Notes: a model not told the origin generated them from the sequence alone. DNA of 64,000 nt from Ignavibacteriota bacterium (GCA_963736195.1 CAVTNP010000001.1:1638016-1702015), one strand, 5' to 3'. Positions 21,083 through 30,604 are shown, numbered from the stretch's first letter. Numbers and translations are program-made.

Positions 21083-21167
21083 GCCGGAGTGGCGAAATTG
21101 GCAGACGCGCGAGACTTAGGATCTCGTATCGCAAGATGTGCAGGTTCAAGTCCTGTCTCCGGCACCA
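21083..21167 (+). tRNA. tRNA-Leu (anticodon TAG), CCA encoded
   Basis: 85-nt type II tRNA. Acceptor GCCGGAG/CTCCGGC, anticodon stem-loop CGAGA-CTTAGGA-TCTCG, long variable arm, T-arm GCAGG-TTCAAGT-CCTGT, then ACCA. Confidence 0.9.
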
Positions 21168-21169
21168 TT

Positions 21170-21269
21170 GGGCAATGATGAATGATGAATTATGAATGAT
21201 GAGGCGAAATACGCTTCAGACTCATAACTTATTTCATTTTTCATCATTCATAATTCATCATTCATAATT
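21170..21269. repeat. inverted-repeat intergenic element, copy A (GAATGATGA-type arms)
   Basis: The left arm 21170-21202 (GGGCAATGATGAATGATGAATTATGAATGATGA) is identical to 29104-29136. The right arm 21241-21269 is its near-perfect reverse complement over about 23 nt. Loop is 38 nt. Confidence 0.8.
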
Positions 21270-22548
21270 GTCAGTGACAGCAACCATCCACGAAAAAAGC
21301 CAGATCGCTCGCGAACTTGAGATCAGGGTCGATGAAGCGGAACTTCAGCAGGCGTTTGACGAAGCCTATAAGACCACGCGACCTCGCCTTTCGCTTCCGG
21401 GATTCCGTCCCGGCAAAGCGCCGATCGCGATCGTAAAAAAATTACATGGCGATGCGATCGAAGGCGATGCTCTCGAAAAACTTGCCCAGGATAAATTTCG
21501 CGAGGCTGCCGAAGAGTATAAGATCGAGCCGCTCGGTGCTCCTGTTATGACCGACCTTCATCGCCATGCCGGTGAGGGTGCCCACTTCCGGATCATGTAT
21601 GAGATCTCTCCAACTATCGAGATCAAAGATTTTACCGGAATGGAGGTCGAGAAGAAGAATATCACTATTACTGATGCCGATGTGACAGACCGAATCGAGC
21701 GCCTCCGATTTGGCCTCGCTGAAAGGGAACCTGCTACAAAAGTGGAGAACGCCGAGACGATCGTTAAGATCGAAATGCGTGAAATGGATGTGGCCGATGG
21801 CGCCCAGCCCGGCAAGTCGGAGCAAACCGAAGTCTACCTCGCCGATCCGGAGATCATTCCAGAATTGCGGAATGGCCTCGTTGGTGCAGAAGTCGGGGCG
21901 CAGCTCATTCTTGCACTTCCGCAGCGCCGACGAGAACCCGGCACGGATCTCATGAAGGAAGAGGTCGGACGCGTGGAAGTAACAGTGCTCGAAGCGCAAC
22001 GCGTGGTGCTTCCCCCGCTTGATGAAGCGCTTATCAAGAAAATATCCGAGGATAAACTATCGACAGAAGCCGAGTTGCGAAGCGAAATTCGCAGTGGTTT
22101 GGAAAAATCAGCTGCCAAAAAGTCTGAAGAGGATCTGGAAGAACTCATTGTATCCAAGTTGATGGATATGCATCCCTTCGAAGTGCCGCGCACGATCTCG
22201 AATGCCATTCTCGGCCAGATAATCGAAGAGCGAGAGCAGGATAATGTTCGCCGTGGGTTTCCCGCCACCTATGGAGTAGATGAAGCACAATTCCGAGAGC
22301 AATACAGGCCCGTTGCAGATGCTAGAGCTAAATGGATGCTTTTGCGTGAGAAACTGATCGAATCTGAAGGTATCGAAGCAACAGATGAAGATCTCGAAAA
22401 ACTTGCCGAGGAGGAATCCGCCAAATATGGCCTGACCAAGGAGAATTTACTCAAGTACTATCACAAGCATGAATCGATCTCGAATCGTATCATTAGCGAT
22501 AAACTTGGTGCTCGGTTACGCGAGAAAGTGAAAATACTTGAATTGTGA
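21268..22548 (+). CDS. tig: trigger factor
   Basis: N-terminal ribosome-binding signature PGFRPGKAP, with length and charge pattern typical of trigger factor. TTG start at 21268, or GTG at 21274. Confidence 0.88.
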   Translation: MSVTATIHEKSQIARELEIRVDEAELQQAFDEAYKTTRPRLSLPGFRPGKAPIAIVKKLHGDAIEGDALEKLAQDKFREAAEEYKIEPLGAPVMTDLHRHAGEGAHFRIMYEISPTIEIKDFTGMEVEKKNITITDADVTDRIERLRFGLAEREPATKVENAETIVKIEMREMDVADGAQPGKSEQTEVYLADPEIIPELRNGLVGAEVGAQLILALPQRRREPGTDLMKEEVGRVEVTVLEAQRVVLPPLDEALIKKISEDKLSTEAELRSEIRSGLEKSAAKKSEEDLEELIVSKLMDMHPFEVPRTISNAILGQIIEEREQDNVRRGFPATYGVDEAQFREQYRPVADARAKWMLLREKLIESEGIEATDEDLEKLAEEESAKYGLTKENLLKYYHKHESISNRIISDKLGARLREKVKILEL

Positions 22549-22865
22549 TCGGACAAATTCGTGACCTCGCGAGCAGACAGAATTTTCGGCTCACCCGACA
22601 CGCGGCTGAAGAGCTTGCTGATGAAAATGTCACGGTCGATGAAATGATCCAAGCCATCTTAAATGGAAACATTATTGAGGATTATCCGAATCATAAGCGG
22701 GGAGCGTGTTGCCTTGTGAACGGCACCACGGAGGGCGGTCGTCCGTTGCATATCGTATGCACTTCCGGAAAGCCATTCTTACTAATTATCACCGTGTATG
22801 AACCGGTGCTTCCGAAATGGCTGACGCCAACAGAGAGACGAGAAAAGAATGAGATGCACAATTGA
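22545..22865 (+). CDS. DUF4258-family protein (putative toxin of a TA-like pair)
   Basis: RLTRHAAEELADENVTVDEMIQAILNG...IEDYP...LHIVC matches my recollection of the DUF4258 pattern. The GTG start overlaps the tig stop (GTGA). Confidence 0.65.
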   Translation: MIGQIRDLASRQNFRLTRHAAEELADENVTVDEMIQAILNGNIIEDYPNHKRGACCLVNGTTEGGRPLHIVCTSGKPFLLIITVYEPVLPKWLTPTERREKNEMHN

Positions 22866-23073
22866 AGGCTGCCGCGGCAGCTATGAACCAACAACTGTTA
22901 CACACACTGTTCATCATGACGGTGATGTGGTAGTGATCGATCATGTTCCTGCAGAGGTTTGCGATGTATGTGGCGATGTTCTTTTTTCACCGGAGACGCT
23001 CCGCCATATTGAGAGCATACTCCAGGCGATGCCCGAGCCGGACACCACCGTACCACTTTATGAATTCGCGTAA
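22849..23073 (+). CDS. YgiT/MqsA-type zinc-finger protein (putative antitoxin)
   Basis: Two Cys pairs (CTIEGC ... CDVCGD) flank a [11 protein letters not shown] segment; 74 aa. Overlaps the preceding ORF by 17 nt. Confidence 0.65.
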   Translation: MRCTIEGCRGSYEPTTVTHTVHHDGDVVVIDHVPAEVCDVCGDVLFSPETLRHIESILQAMPEPDTTVPLYEFA

Positions 23074-23159
23074 AAGTTGATAGCTGGCCAGCATGGATCA
23101 TGTACAATAATTCCACGTTTGGAGCCTCATTAGTAATTAGAAATTTCAATTTAAGTTTT

Positions 23160-23903
23160 ATGTCAGATATTAGAAACCCTTACACCGAAATGCAAATGGC
23201 ACTTGTGCCGATGGTCGTCGAGCAGACTCCGCGTGGCGAGCGTGCCTTCGATATTTATTCTCGGCTCTTAAAAGAGCGTATCGTATTTATTGGTACTCCG
23301 ATCGACGACAACGTCGCTTCGCTCTTGATCGCGCAGCTTCTTTTTTTGGAGTCCGAGGATCCGGATCGCGATATTAATATTTACATTAATTCGCCAGGTG
23401 GTTCAGTCTCCGCGGGTCTTGCCGTCTATGATACGATGCAGTATATCAAGCCTGATTGCGCAACGATCTGCCTTGGCATGGCTGCTTCGATGGCCTCCTT
23501 GCTCCTTGCCGGTGGTGCTGCAGGTAAGCGTACAGCGCTCCCGCATTCGCGCATCATGATCCACCAACCGCTTGGTGGAACGCAAGGTCAGGCGACAGAT
23601 ATTGAGATTTATACCCGCGAAATGATCCGGGTCAGACAAGACCTCTATGGTATTTATTCCTATCACACAGGAAAACCGATCGAGGAGATCGCCAAAGATG
23701 CGGATCGTGATAACTACATGTCGCCGGAGCAAGCCAAAGAATACCGGCTGATCGATAACATCATGTCGAAGAGCGCATTGAAAGAACTGGGCGGAGGGGT
23801 TCGTTTGCCACTTACCGGGGCCGTTCAGATTCTGAACGAAAAAATTGACTCCGGTGAGCCGATACCCGAGTCATCAGCCGGTTCCCGAAGCTCCGGTGGC
23901 TAA
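23160..23903 (+). CDS. clpP: ATP-dependent Clp protease proteolytic subunit
   Basis: Triad context [10 protein letters not shown] (Ser), IMIHQPLGG (His), DADRDNYM (Asp). Start set to ATG 23160. About 45 extra C-terminal residues compared with canonical ClpP. Confidence 0.9.
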   Translation: MSDIRNPYTEMQMALVPMVVEQTPRGERAFDIYSRLLKERIVFIGTPIDDNVASLLIAQLLFLESEDPDRDINIYINSPGGSVSAGLAVYDTMQYIKPDCATICLGMAASMASLLLAGGAAGKRTALPHSRIMIHQPLGGTQGQATDIEIYTREMIRVRQDLYGIYSYHTGKPIEEIAKDADRDNYMSPEQAKEYRLIDNIMSKSALKELGGGVRLPLTGAVQILNEKIDSGEPIPESSAGSRSSGG

Positions 23904-24152
23904 ATACCTCAAGGCGTTGCTATGTGCAATGCCTTAGCGCGATAACATTATTAGGTTCAGCTTCACCCCGCCGAAAGTTAACGGGGTGGATTCGTGAGGT
24001 GTTAGCAGGAAATGCGCAATAATGGTGCATATCCCGGATCTGTTCAGCAATCTTTTTCGAGATCGCTCTAATTTTTGGGCTTATTTTACCAGCCTCTTTG
24101 TGTTAGAGTGCCTTTGCTAATTCCTACCAAGCCAACCTACTAAGCCATTTTT

Positions 24153-24422
24153 GTGATTCGAAGGACGGTAACCATCAAAAATCGTGCGGGGCTGCATACC
24201 CGGCCCGCCGCAGCGATCGTGAAGCTCGCAAGCAAATTTCGTTCGGAATTCTATATTATTAAAGATGGATTCCGGATCAACGGCAAATCCATTATCGGGG
24301 TCATGACTTTAGCGGCTGCGCAGGGCACCGACCTTGACCTGGAATGCGATGGTCCGGATGAAGAGCAGGCCATCGAGGAACTTGTCGATTATTTCGGAAA
24401 AGGATTTGAAGAGGAGATGTAG
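24153..24422 (+). CDS. ptsH: phosphocarrier protein HPr
   Basis: 89 aa. Active-site His context NRAGLHTRPAA and regulatory Ser context INGKSIIGVMTL. GTG start. Confidence 0.88.
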   Translation: MIRRTVTIKNRAGLHTRPAAAIVKLASKFRSEFYIIKDGFRINGKSIIGVMTLAAAQGTDLDLECDGPDEEQAIEELVDYFGKGFEEEM

Positions 24423-24494
24423 GCATTCACGTATGAAAAAATTCTGATCTGGCTGCATTGAATGACATCCAATCATCACGTGGAAGGTAAGGAG

Positions 24495-26330
24495 ATGCTG
24501 CGATTCCCTGGGATTGCAGCAAGCCGGGGCATTGCTATTGGCCCGGCATATCGGTATGTCCGTACCCTGCTTTCTGCAGACGATCGCGAGCTTGAACTGA
24601 GCGAGGTTGGTTCCGAGATAGAGCGTTTTGACGGTGCAGTGAATAAGGCCCGGCAGGAGATCGAGAAAGTCCGCCGAGTAGCGGAGCAAAAAGTCGGGGC
24701 ATCGGCGTCTTCCATTTTTGAGGCGCAGATGATGATGGTCTCAGACGAGTTTATTCTAAGCACGATCCGTCAGCGGATAAAACATGAGCTGAAGCCTGCA
24801 GCTTTTGCCGTAGATAGTGAATTCACTGCGCATCAGCAGATGCTGGCGGTCTCCGATAATCTGATGATGCGCGAGCGTGCCGACGACATTGAGGACATCA
24901 AGCAACGGCTTCTGCGATATTTGTTGGATCGCAAGAAATGGCTTTCAAAAGTAGAAGTTCCATCCATTCTGGTTGCTGACATGCTGACTCCGGCGGACGC
25001 AATCCTTTTTTCGCGATCCTCGATGCTTGGCTTTGCGATCGATGGCGGGGGCATTACAAGCCATGTGGCGATCCTTGCGAGGTCACTTGGAATTCCGGCA
25101 CTCGTGTCTCTCCACTCCTCTGCAGATCACATCGAAACGGGGGATACACTTATTCTCGATGGCGACCGCGCTGAACTTATCGCGCGCCCGGATGCAAAAA
25201 CGCATCGGGAGTATGAGCAGGAGCAACGGCTTGCTCGTGGCAGTGTTGTTGATACGGGCGCTCCGGTACTCGATAAGGATGCGCCTGTCGCGAGAACCAA
25301 GGACGGTCATGCGATCACGCTGCTGATGAACTTAGAGTTTGGCAGCGATACCGCCATCACCGAAGCGGAACATCTCAGCGAAGCTGCCGCACGCGACGAT
25401 GGTACCAAGCAATTGGGCTTGGGACTTGTTCGCACCGAGCATTTTCTTCTGATGCACGATGAGTTCCCATCCGAAGAAGAGCAATCGGCGTTATATAACG
25501 ATCTGGCAGAACGCCTGTATCCGGCGCCCATTACGCTTAGGACGTTCGATGTCGGTGGTGATAAAGTGTTGAGCGGTACCTATCGCGAGGATAATCCTTT
25601 TCTTGGATGGCGCGGACTGAGAATATCGCTGGATGAACCGGAACTGTTTACTGCGCAGTTGCGGGCGATCTTGCGAGCTTCCGCACGAGGGAACGTAAAG
25701 ATAATGTTTCCGATGGTCACCACGCTCGACGAATTAAAGCGCGCGCTGGAATTTGTCGAGGAGGCAAAACACACCCTCCGTGAAAGCGGCGAGTTATTCG
25801 ATGAGCAGATCCCGGTTGGTATTATGGTGGAAGTGCCAAGCGCCGCGATCATGGCAGATGCATTCGTGCCATTTGTCGATTATTTTTCGATCGGTTCGAA
25901 CGATCTCACGCAGTACACGCTGGCGGTCGATCGTGGGAATGATCTGATCTCCACGCTGTATCAGGAATTGCACCCAGCAGTGCTGCGGTTGATCCAGATG
26001 ACGGTCGATGCGGGTACGCGTGCGCAAAAGCCGGTCTCGCTCTGCGGTGAACTTGGGAATTACCCATTGGCTACTCCGTTATTGGTGGGAATGGGGATCA
26101 GTGAAATTTCCGTAGCGCCGGGAGCGCTCCGATCCCTGGCCGCAAGGCTTCGAATGCTAAATTATGAAGAGTGTTGTGCGCTGACAGCTCGCGTGCTCAG
26201 AGACTGTGTTTCTTCGGAAGAAGTGAAATACGAAGTGGTGCAATTCCTTGAGGAACGAAAGCTTGTCGAGCATTTCAATGAAACGACGCGGAAACCGGGA
26301 GCGAGAGCAAAGTCTTCTAAGAAGAGATAA
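24495..26330 (+). CDS. ptsI: phosphoenolpyruvate-protein phosphotransferase (PTS enzyme I)
   Basis: Phosphohistidine motif GGITSHVAILARSLGIPA and PEP-utilising C-terminal domain (GSNDLTQYTLAVDR). Start set to ATG 24495, which is preceded by AAGGAG. An upstream in-frame ATG at 24462 is also possible. Confidence 0.9.
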   Translation: MLRFPGIAASRGIAIGPAYRYVRTLLSADDRELELSEVGSEIERFDGAVNKARQEIEKVRRVAEQKVGASASSIFEAQMMMVSDEFILSTIRQRIKHELKPAAFAVDSEFTAHQQMLAVSDNLMMRERADDIEDIKQRLLRYLLDRKKWLSKVEVPSILVADMLTPADAILFSRSSMLGFAIDGGGITSHVAILARSLGIPALVSLHSSADHIETGDTLILDGDRAELIARPDAKTHREYEQEQRLARGSVVDTGAPVLDKDAPVARTKDGHAITLLMNLEFGSDTAITEAEHLSEAAARDDGTKQLGLGLVRTEHFLLMHDEFPSEEEQSALYNDLAERLYPAPITLRTFDVGGDKVLSGTYREDNPFLGWRGLRISLDEPELFTAQLRAILRASARGNVKIMFPMVTTLDELKRALEFVEEAKHTLRESGELFDEQIPVGIMVEVPSAAIMADAFVPFVDYFSIGSNDLTQYTLAVDRGNDLISTLYQELHPAVLRLIQMTVDAGTRAQKPVSLCGELGNYPLATPLLVGMGISEISVAPGALRSLAARLRMLNYEECCALTARVLRDCVSSEEVKYEVVQFLEERKLVEHFNETTRKPGARAKSSKKR

Positions 26331-26340
26331 TCATTATCTA

Positions 26341-27898
26341 TTAGAAAACAAAGTTATGAATGGATGTAATGTTTGCTGTTTCAATGCGAACGAAAATCAA
26401 TCCTCTTTGAGAATCGAATGAAATAAAGGTAGGATTTGATGAGGATGTTTTTGCATTCTTTACACATTGGCCAATTTCGTTGAAGAACTGAACTCGGGCC
26501 GATTCTGGGGAATCTTCGGGAGTTGTAACCATAATTCCATGAGCAACCTGTGAAACGGTGATTTGCTCGGTCGGTTTTGAATGTGAGGTGACCGAATTAA
26601 AGTTGCTATTTCCACTGACGCCCATCGGATCATATTGATTTGTCGAATTATCAATCTCTACGCCTAGCCATGACCATGGAGAAAGTTCCTCTGGTTCGAT
26701 ATTACTCCAAAGCGAAGCAGATTGACCTGGGGACAGCGATCCCGAAAAATCACATCCGCTCCAACAAGTGCAATTACCACCCATACTCCAAATGTAGTGG
26801 AATACCAAATCCCTATTTGAACCCGAGTCGTTCGTGATGGTGACCGGACCTGTTTCCACGTTGAATGTCAGTGTGTTATAAGCTGTTGAATAAGGGGAAT
26901 AATGGGCAATAATGACATCACCAAGAATATTCGAAAAAATACTCGATGACATGCTATCAGTGCTAACAGCAAAGAATGCGGTGTCCCCAAACCATGCCCC
27001 AGAGGTGATAGAGCCCGTTGAGGAATCACGAAGCCGACTCCATTGCATTCCATCATAATATCCGATTCCAGGAATGTAAGTTTTATCAATCGTATCGAAG
27101 CTTCCCCATGCAAGGAAGCTCTTGGAGGAAATCGGAGAAATCCCCCAAATGGTACCTTTGATGGTTTCATTCTCCAGCCAATTTAAGCCCATATAATCTG
27201 ATGCTTCATCTCTAAAAAACGAATACAATGTATTCATACCTCCAATTGCTAAACAATTATACAATGATACAACGGAGTAAAGCGGAGCATTGAAAGTTCC
27301 AACATTAGAAAAACCAGTGAATTCTCCAACGATCGCCAGAGAAGCAGATGGAAATCCCGTGCTAATCCCTCGTACTGTACCATTAAAACTATTTGTACTT
27401 ATGGTATCCCATCCTTTCAACCTGCTCCAACTACCAATGCGAAGTGCGCTGCGAGGTCCCCGCAGTAGTAAATGCTCCGCCGCAATATAATATCGTATCA
27501 GATCTATAAAGAGTAAACACCGTATCATTCACTCCGCTTCCGAGGGAAACCCACTGGTTGCCATCCCAGTGTGCAATGTTCATGGCCGCGATTCCTCCGG
27601 CGCTATCGAATTTACCTCCCACATAAAGTCCTCCGAAACCGTCATCAACAAGAGCGCGCACTTCACCGTGAATTCCAGAGCCGAGTGTTGACCACGAGGT
27701 TCCATTCCACCGTGCAATGCTATTAGCGGCAATCCCGCCAATCTTATCGAATTTACCAGACACATAGAACGAGTCACCGACAGCTCTCATCGTCCAGACG
27801 GTGCCACGAACCGGTGCAAAAAACGTAGAGCTTTCCTTCTGCGCCCATGCATTCGTGGCGATATAAAATAGAATTGCACCTAAGATTCTTGTTTTCAA
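26341..27898 (-). pseudogene. frameshifted T9SS cargo gene (signal peptide + GG-x-F-x-x-AGG-x-x-A-x-x-IA-x-W repeats + CTD)
   Basis: ORF 27431..27898 carries the signal peptide and repeat units and stops inside a repeat (..AFTTAGTSQRTSHW*). ORF 26341..27528 continues in another frame and ends in a CTD-like tail (GLIFVRIETANITSIHNFVF). The frame switch lies near 27428-27440. Confidence 0.6.
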
Positions 27899-28008
27899 GA
27901 AAATGTTTGGTTGTTAAAATTCAAATTTACGAAAAATTGGGCCTCAATTAAGAAGACCAATGAAAATAAAAAAGGTAACCGATCTTCCAGGTCACAAATT
28001 TTTGCCAA

Positions 28009-29109
28009 CTATTTCTGGGCTTTCCAGATCACGATTAGAGATCCCACAAAAAAAAGGAAATTGGCAAGCCACGCCGTTACGATCGCTGGTGCTTCACCGG
28101 TATTACCGAAGGCTTGAAATACCTTGGAGAACGCGAGATAAACAAACGCAATGGCAATGGCAATAGAGAATTCGAAGCTGAGACCGCTGCGTTTTTTCTT
28201 TGACGCAAACGGGACGCCGAACAATACCACAATGAGCGAGGTGAACGCAAGCGCATACCGGCTCTGATAATCGACTTTATCGCCGGCGGCATCTTGCCCG
28301 GCGCGGATTTTTAGTTGGATGCGATTCGAAAGTTCCGTATTTGTCATTTCTTCTTCGCGAAGAAGTCGATCTTTTAATTCGTTCGGATAGAAGCTGAAGT
28401 GCATGTAACTTTCATCGCCGGTAAGCGGACGGGTGATCTCTGCCGTAGTATCCGTTTGGAAGGTGCGAAGGGTTGCATCGGTGATGTGCCAGGCATTGCG
28501 CGAAGAGTCCCACATCATAACGGATCCATCGATGCGATTGATCATGTGCGTGATGTTCTTGGGATCGAACTGCTGAACAGAAACTTTGATGCCACGCCGT
28601 TGGCCCCACGAATAATCCGACATCGAGACTATTCGCGATGGGGAATCCTGCAAATAGAGGTCGATCTGCTGGCTGGCGATGAGATCCTCATGCACGTAAT
28701 CGCGGATGATCTCCTCGACCTTGACATTGGCTCTGGGTAGTATCCACCCATCGAAATACACCGCCGCTGCACAGACCAGCGCAGAAGAAACGATGAACGG
28801 CACCATCAGCCGATACAGCGAAATTCCACCCGAGCGCATGGCCACGATCTCGGTGGACATGGACATCCTTCCCGTTGCGAACAGCGACCCAAGCAACAGG
28901 CACACCGGCAAGATAAGCGCGATGATCTGCGGAGTAAAATTGATGTAATACTCCATGACCATCATAAAAGAAAGATGGTGATCGAGAAACTTATCGAGCT
29001 TCTCCATCAGATCGACCGCAATGTATATGATAATAAAGCCCGCCATAGAGACGAGCGCGGCAGTGAAAAACTGCCTTAATACATACCGGTCAAGAAGCTT
29101 TATGGGCAA
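28009..29109 (-). CDS. LptF/LptG-family LPS export permease (YjgP/YjgQ)
   Basis: N-terminal IKLLDRYVLRQFF, six-TM layout with a large periplasmic loop. The start is probably TTG 29109 (giving MPIKLLDRY). The ATG at 29142 would add residues encoded by the repeat element. Confidence 0.8.
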   Translation of the reverse strand: MPIKLLDRYVLRQFFTAALVSMAGFIIIYIAVDLMEKLDKFLDHHLSFMMVMEYYINFTPQIIALILPVCLLLGSLFATGRMSMSTEIVAMRSGGISLYRLMVPFIVSSALVCAAAVYFDGWILPRANVKVEEIIRDYVHEDLIASQQIDLYLQDSPSRIVSMSDYSWGQRRGIKVSVQQFDPKNITHMINRIDGSVMMWDSSRNAWHITDATLRTFQTDTTAEITRPLTGDESYMHFSFYPNELKDRLLREEEMTNTELSNRIQLKIRAGQDAAGDKVDYQSRYALAFTSLIVVLFGVPFASKKKRSGLSFEFSIAIAIAFVYLAFSKVFQAFGNTGEAPAIVTAWLANFLFFVGSLIVIWKAQK

Positions 29110-29245
29110 TGATGAATGATGAATTATGAATGATGAAATCACTCGCGGAGCGAATGGCGAACGCCGAATGCTGAATGGCTCCTAGTAACATGAAGAATTT
29201 AGCAACGCACTTCTTCGTTTCATAATTCATCATTCATCATTCACC
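29104..29245. repeat. inverted-repeat intergenic element, copy B
   Basis: 29104-29136 is identical to 21170-21202. The right arm 29218-29245 (TTTCATAATTCATCATTCATCATTCACC) is the reverse complement of about 24 nt of the left arm. The spacer of about 80 nt contains further GAATG motifs. Confidence 0.8.
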
Positions 29246-29246
29246 A

Positions 29247-30017
29247 TTGCACAAAGACTGGATAGTCGAGGAAGATTTCGAGCAAACCGGCGCGCACCAC
29301 ATGGCGCGCGACGAGGAGTTAGCACGCGAGCGAATCGAGGACCCGAACCTTCCCAGCGTGCTCCGATTATACTCATGGCAGCCATCAGCAGTTTCTATCG
29401 GTTTTCAGCAAAAGATGGAAACCCTTGATCTGGATGCGTGTCGTGCCAAAGGCATCGATGCGGTTCGCCGGCCTACCGGGGGCAGAGCGGTGCTTCATGC
29501 CAATGAGCTGACCTACGCGGTTATCACCACAGCAAGCCCGGCAGACGGTCTTTACGCAGTGCATAATCGGATCGTTTCGGCGTTGCTCGAAGCGATCGGG
29601 CATTTGGGACAGAACCTGGTGCCAAAAGAATTATCGCTGGAGGTAACTCCGCGCTCTGGTGGCGCAAGCCAGAAAACAACGCTTCCGCTGGCATGTTTTG
29701 CGAGCGCCGCGCGGCACGAAGCAACCTGGCAATCTAAGAAAGTGATCGGTTCGGCGCAACGAAGATTTGGCGAAGTGGTGCTGCAGCATGGTTCGATCTT
29801 GCTTACCAAGGACCATCTTCAATTACCGGACTTGCTCCAACTTACAGAGACAGAACGCATGGAAATGCGCAGAACCTTGGAACGCGACACCGCATCACTC
29901 GCGGATGTATTCGGGCGGTCCATTGGAATTTTCGAGTGTGCTGCGGTTATCCAAGCCTATTTCATCGAGCGATTTGAGACACTAAGCACAAGCGGGAAAG
30001 CGTTACTGGTGGCGTGA
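29247..30017 (+). CDS. lipoate-protein ligase / octanoyltransferase family protein (BPL_LplA_LipB domain)
   Basis: MARDEELA...LRLYSWQPSAVSIGFQQK...RRPTGGRAVLH...KKVIGSAQRR is the family pattern. TTG start. Confidence 0.8.
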   Translation: MHKDWIVEEDFEQTGAHHMARDEELARERIEDPNLPSVLRLYSWQPSAVSIGFQQKMETLDLDACRAKGIDAVRRPTGGRAVLHANELTYAVITTASPADGLYAVHNRIVSALLEAIGHLGQNLVPKELSLEVTPRSGGASQKTTLPLACFASAARHEATWQSKKVIGSAQRRFGEVVLQHGSILLTKDHLQLPDLLQLTETERMEMRRTLERDTASLADVFGRSIGIFECAAVIQAYFIERFETLSTSGKALLVA

Positions 30018-30412
30018 ATGCAATACTTCTTGAATGCCGCAGACGGCTCCTGCTCATTGCTGCTTCAGTAGCGATGCTGGCATGTTTTGCGGCGATGACC
30101 GCAGGATGCCGCACGGTTTCGCCGGTTAGAGAAGTCCGATCCTCGTATCAGCCCGATATTTCCAGGCTTATGCTCAAGAATAGTAAGATCGTAATTTTCA
30201 ATGCTGATCTTGGATGGTACAATAAGCAGGCAGGGACTATCGAGGGGGTAACGGTCGATACTCAGCATGTGGTTTATCATCTTTCCGAGATCAATAAGAT
30301 CGAGACGGTTCGGGAGTATTCCATCATTCCGGCGATCTATGTCGGTGTTGTGGTGATCTTTGCAGGGCTATACTTATTGGCGGCTATCCTAACGCATTTT
30401 GAGTTTTTGTGA
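30014..30412 (+). CDS. small lipoprotein with C-terminal TM helix, unknown function
   Basis: Lipobox MTAGC and a hydrophobic C-terminus (IPAIYVGVVVIFAGLYLLAAIL). The GTG start overlaps the upstream stop (GTGA). Confidence 0.55.
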   Translation: MNAILLECRRRLLLIAASVAMLACFAAMTAGCRTVSPVREVRSSYQPDISRLMLKNSKIVIFNADLGWYNKQAGTIEGVTVDTQHVVYHLSEINKIETVREYSIIPAIYVGVVVIFAGLYLLAAILTHFEFL

Positions 30413-30604
30413 GGAAATAAACATGCAGGTGGCGTTCGATCCTCCTGATTTCTCATTTTGAAACCTTTTTGCAGGCTTGCGTCACTATACACTTGGTGTA
30501 ATGAACTGAAAATAGCAAAATTCTCGTTTCAACAATACTTTGGTTTCGCTTTCTTCAGACTCCAAGCATTTTCAAACTGATTACTTAGGTCAAAACGGTT
30601 TACC

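Noticed and set aside
20982-21149. N-terminal 56-66 codons of ORF 20301..21149
   Set aside because: This part runs antisense through a well-formed tRNA-Leu (21083-21167). A signal-peptide-like start exists downstream.
23911-23988. Hairpins after clpP (23911-23935 and 23964-23988) as intrinsic terminators
   Set aside because: Both stems are plausible, but neither is followed by a T run, so they are left uncalled.
24153-26330. A sugar-transporting PTS locus
   Set aside because: Only HPr and enzyme I are present, and no EIIA/B/C is in the window. A transport role cannot be claimed.
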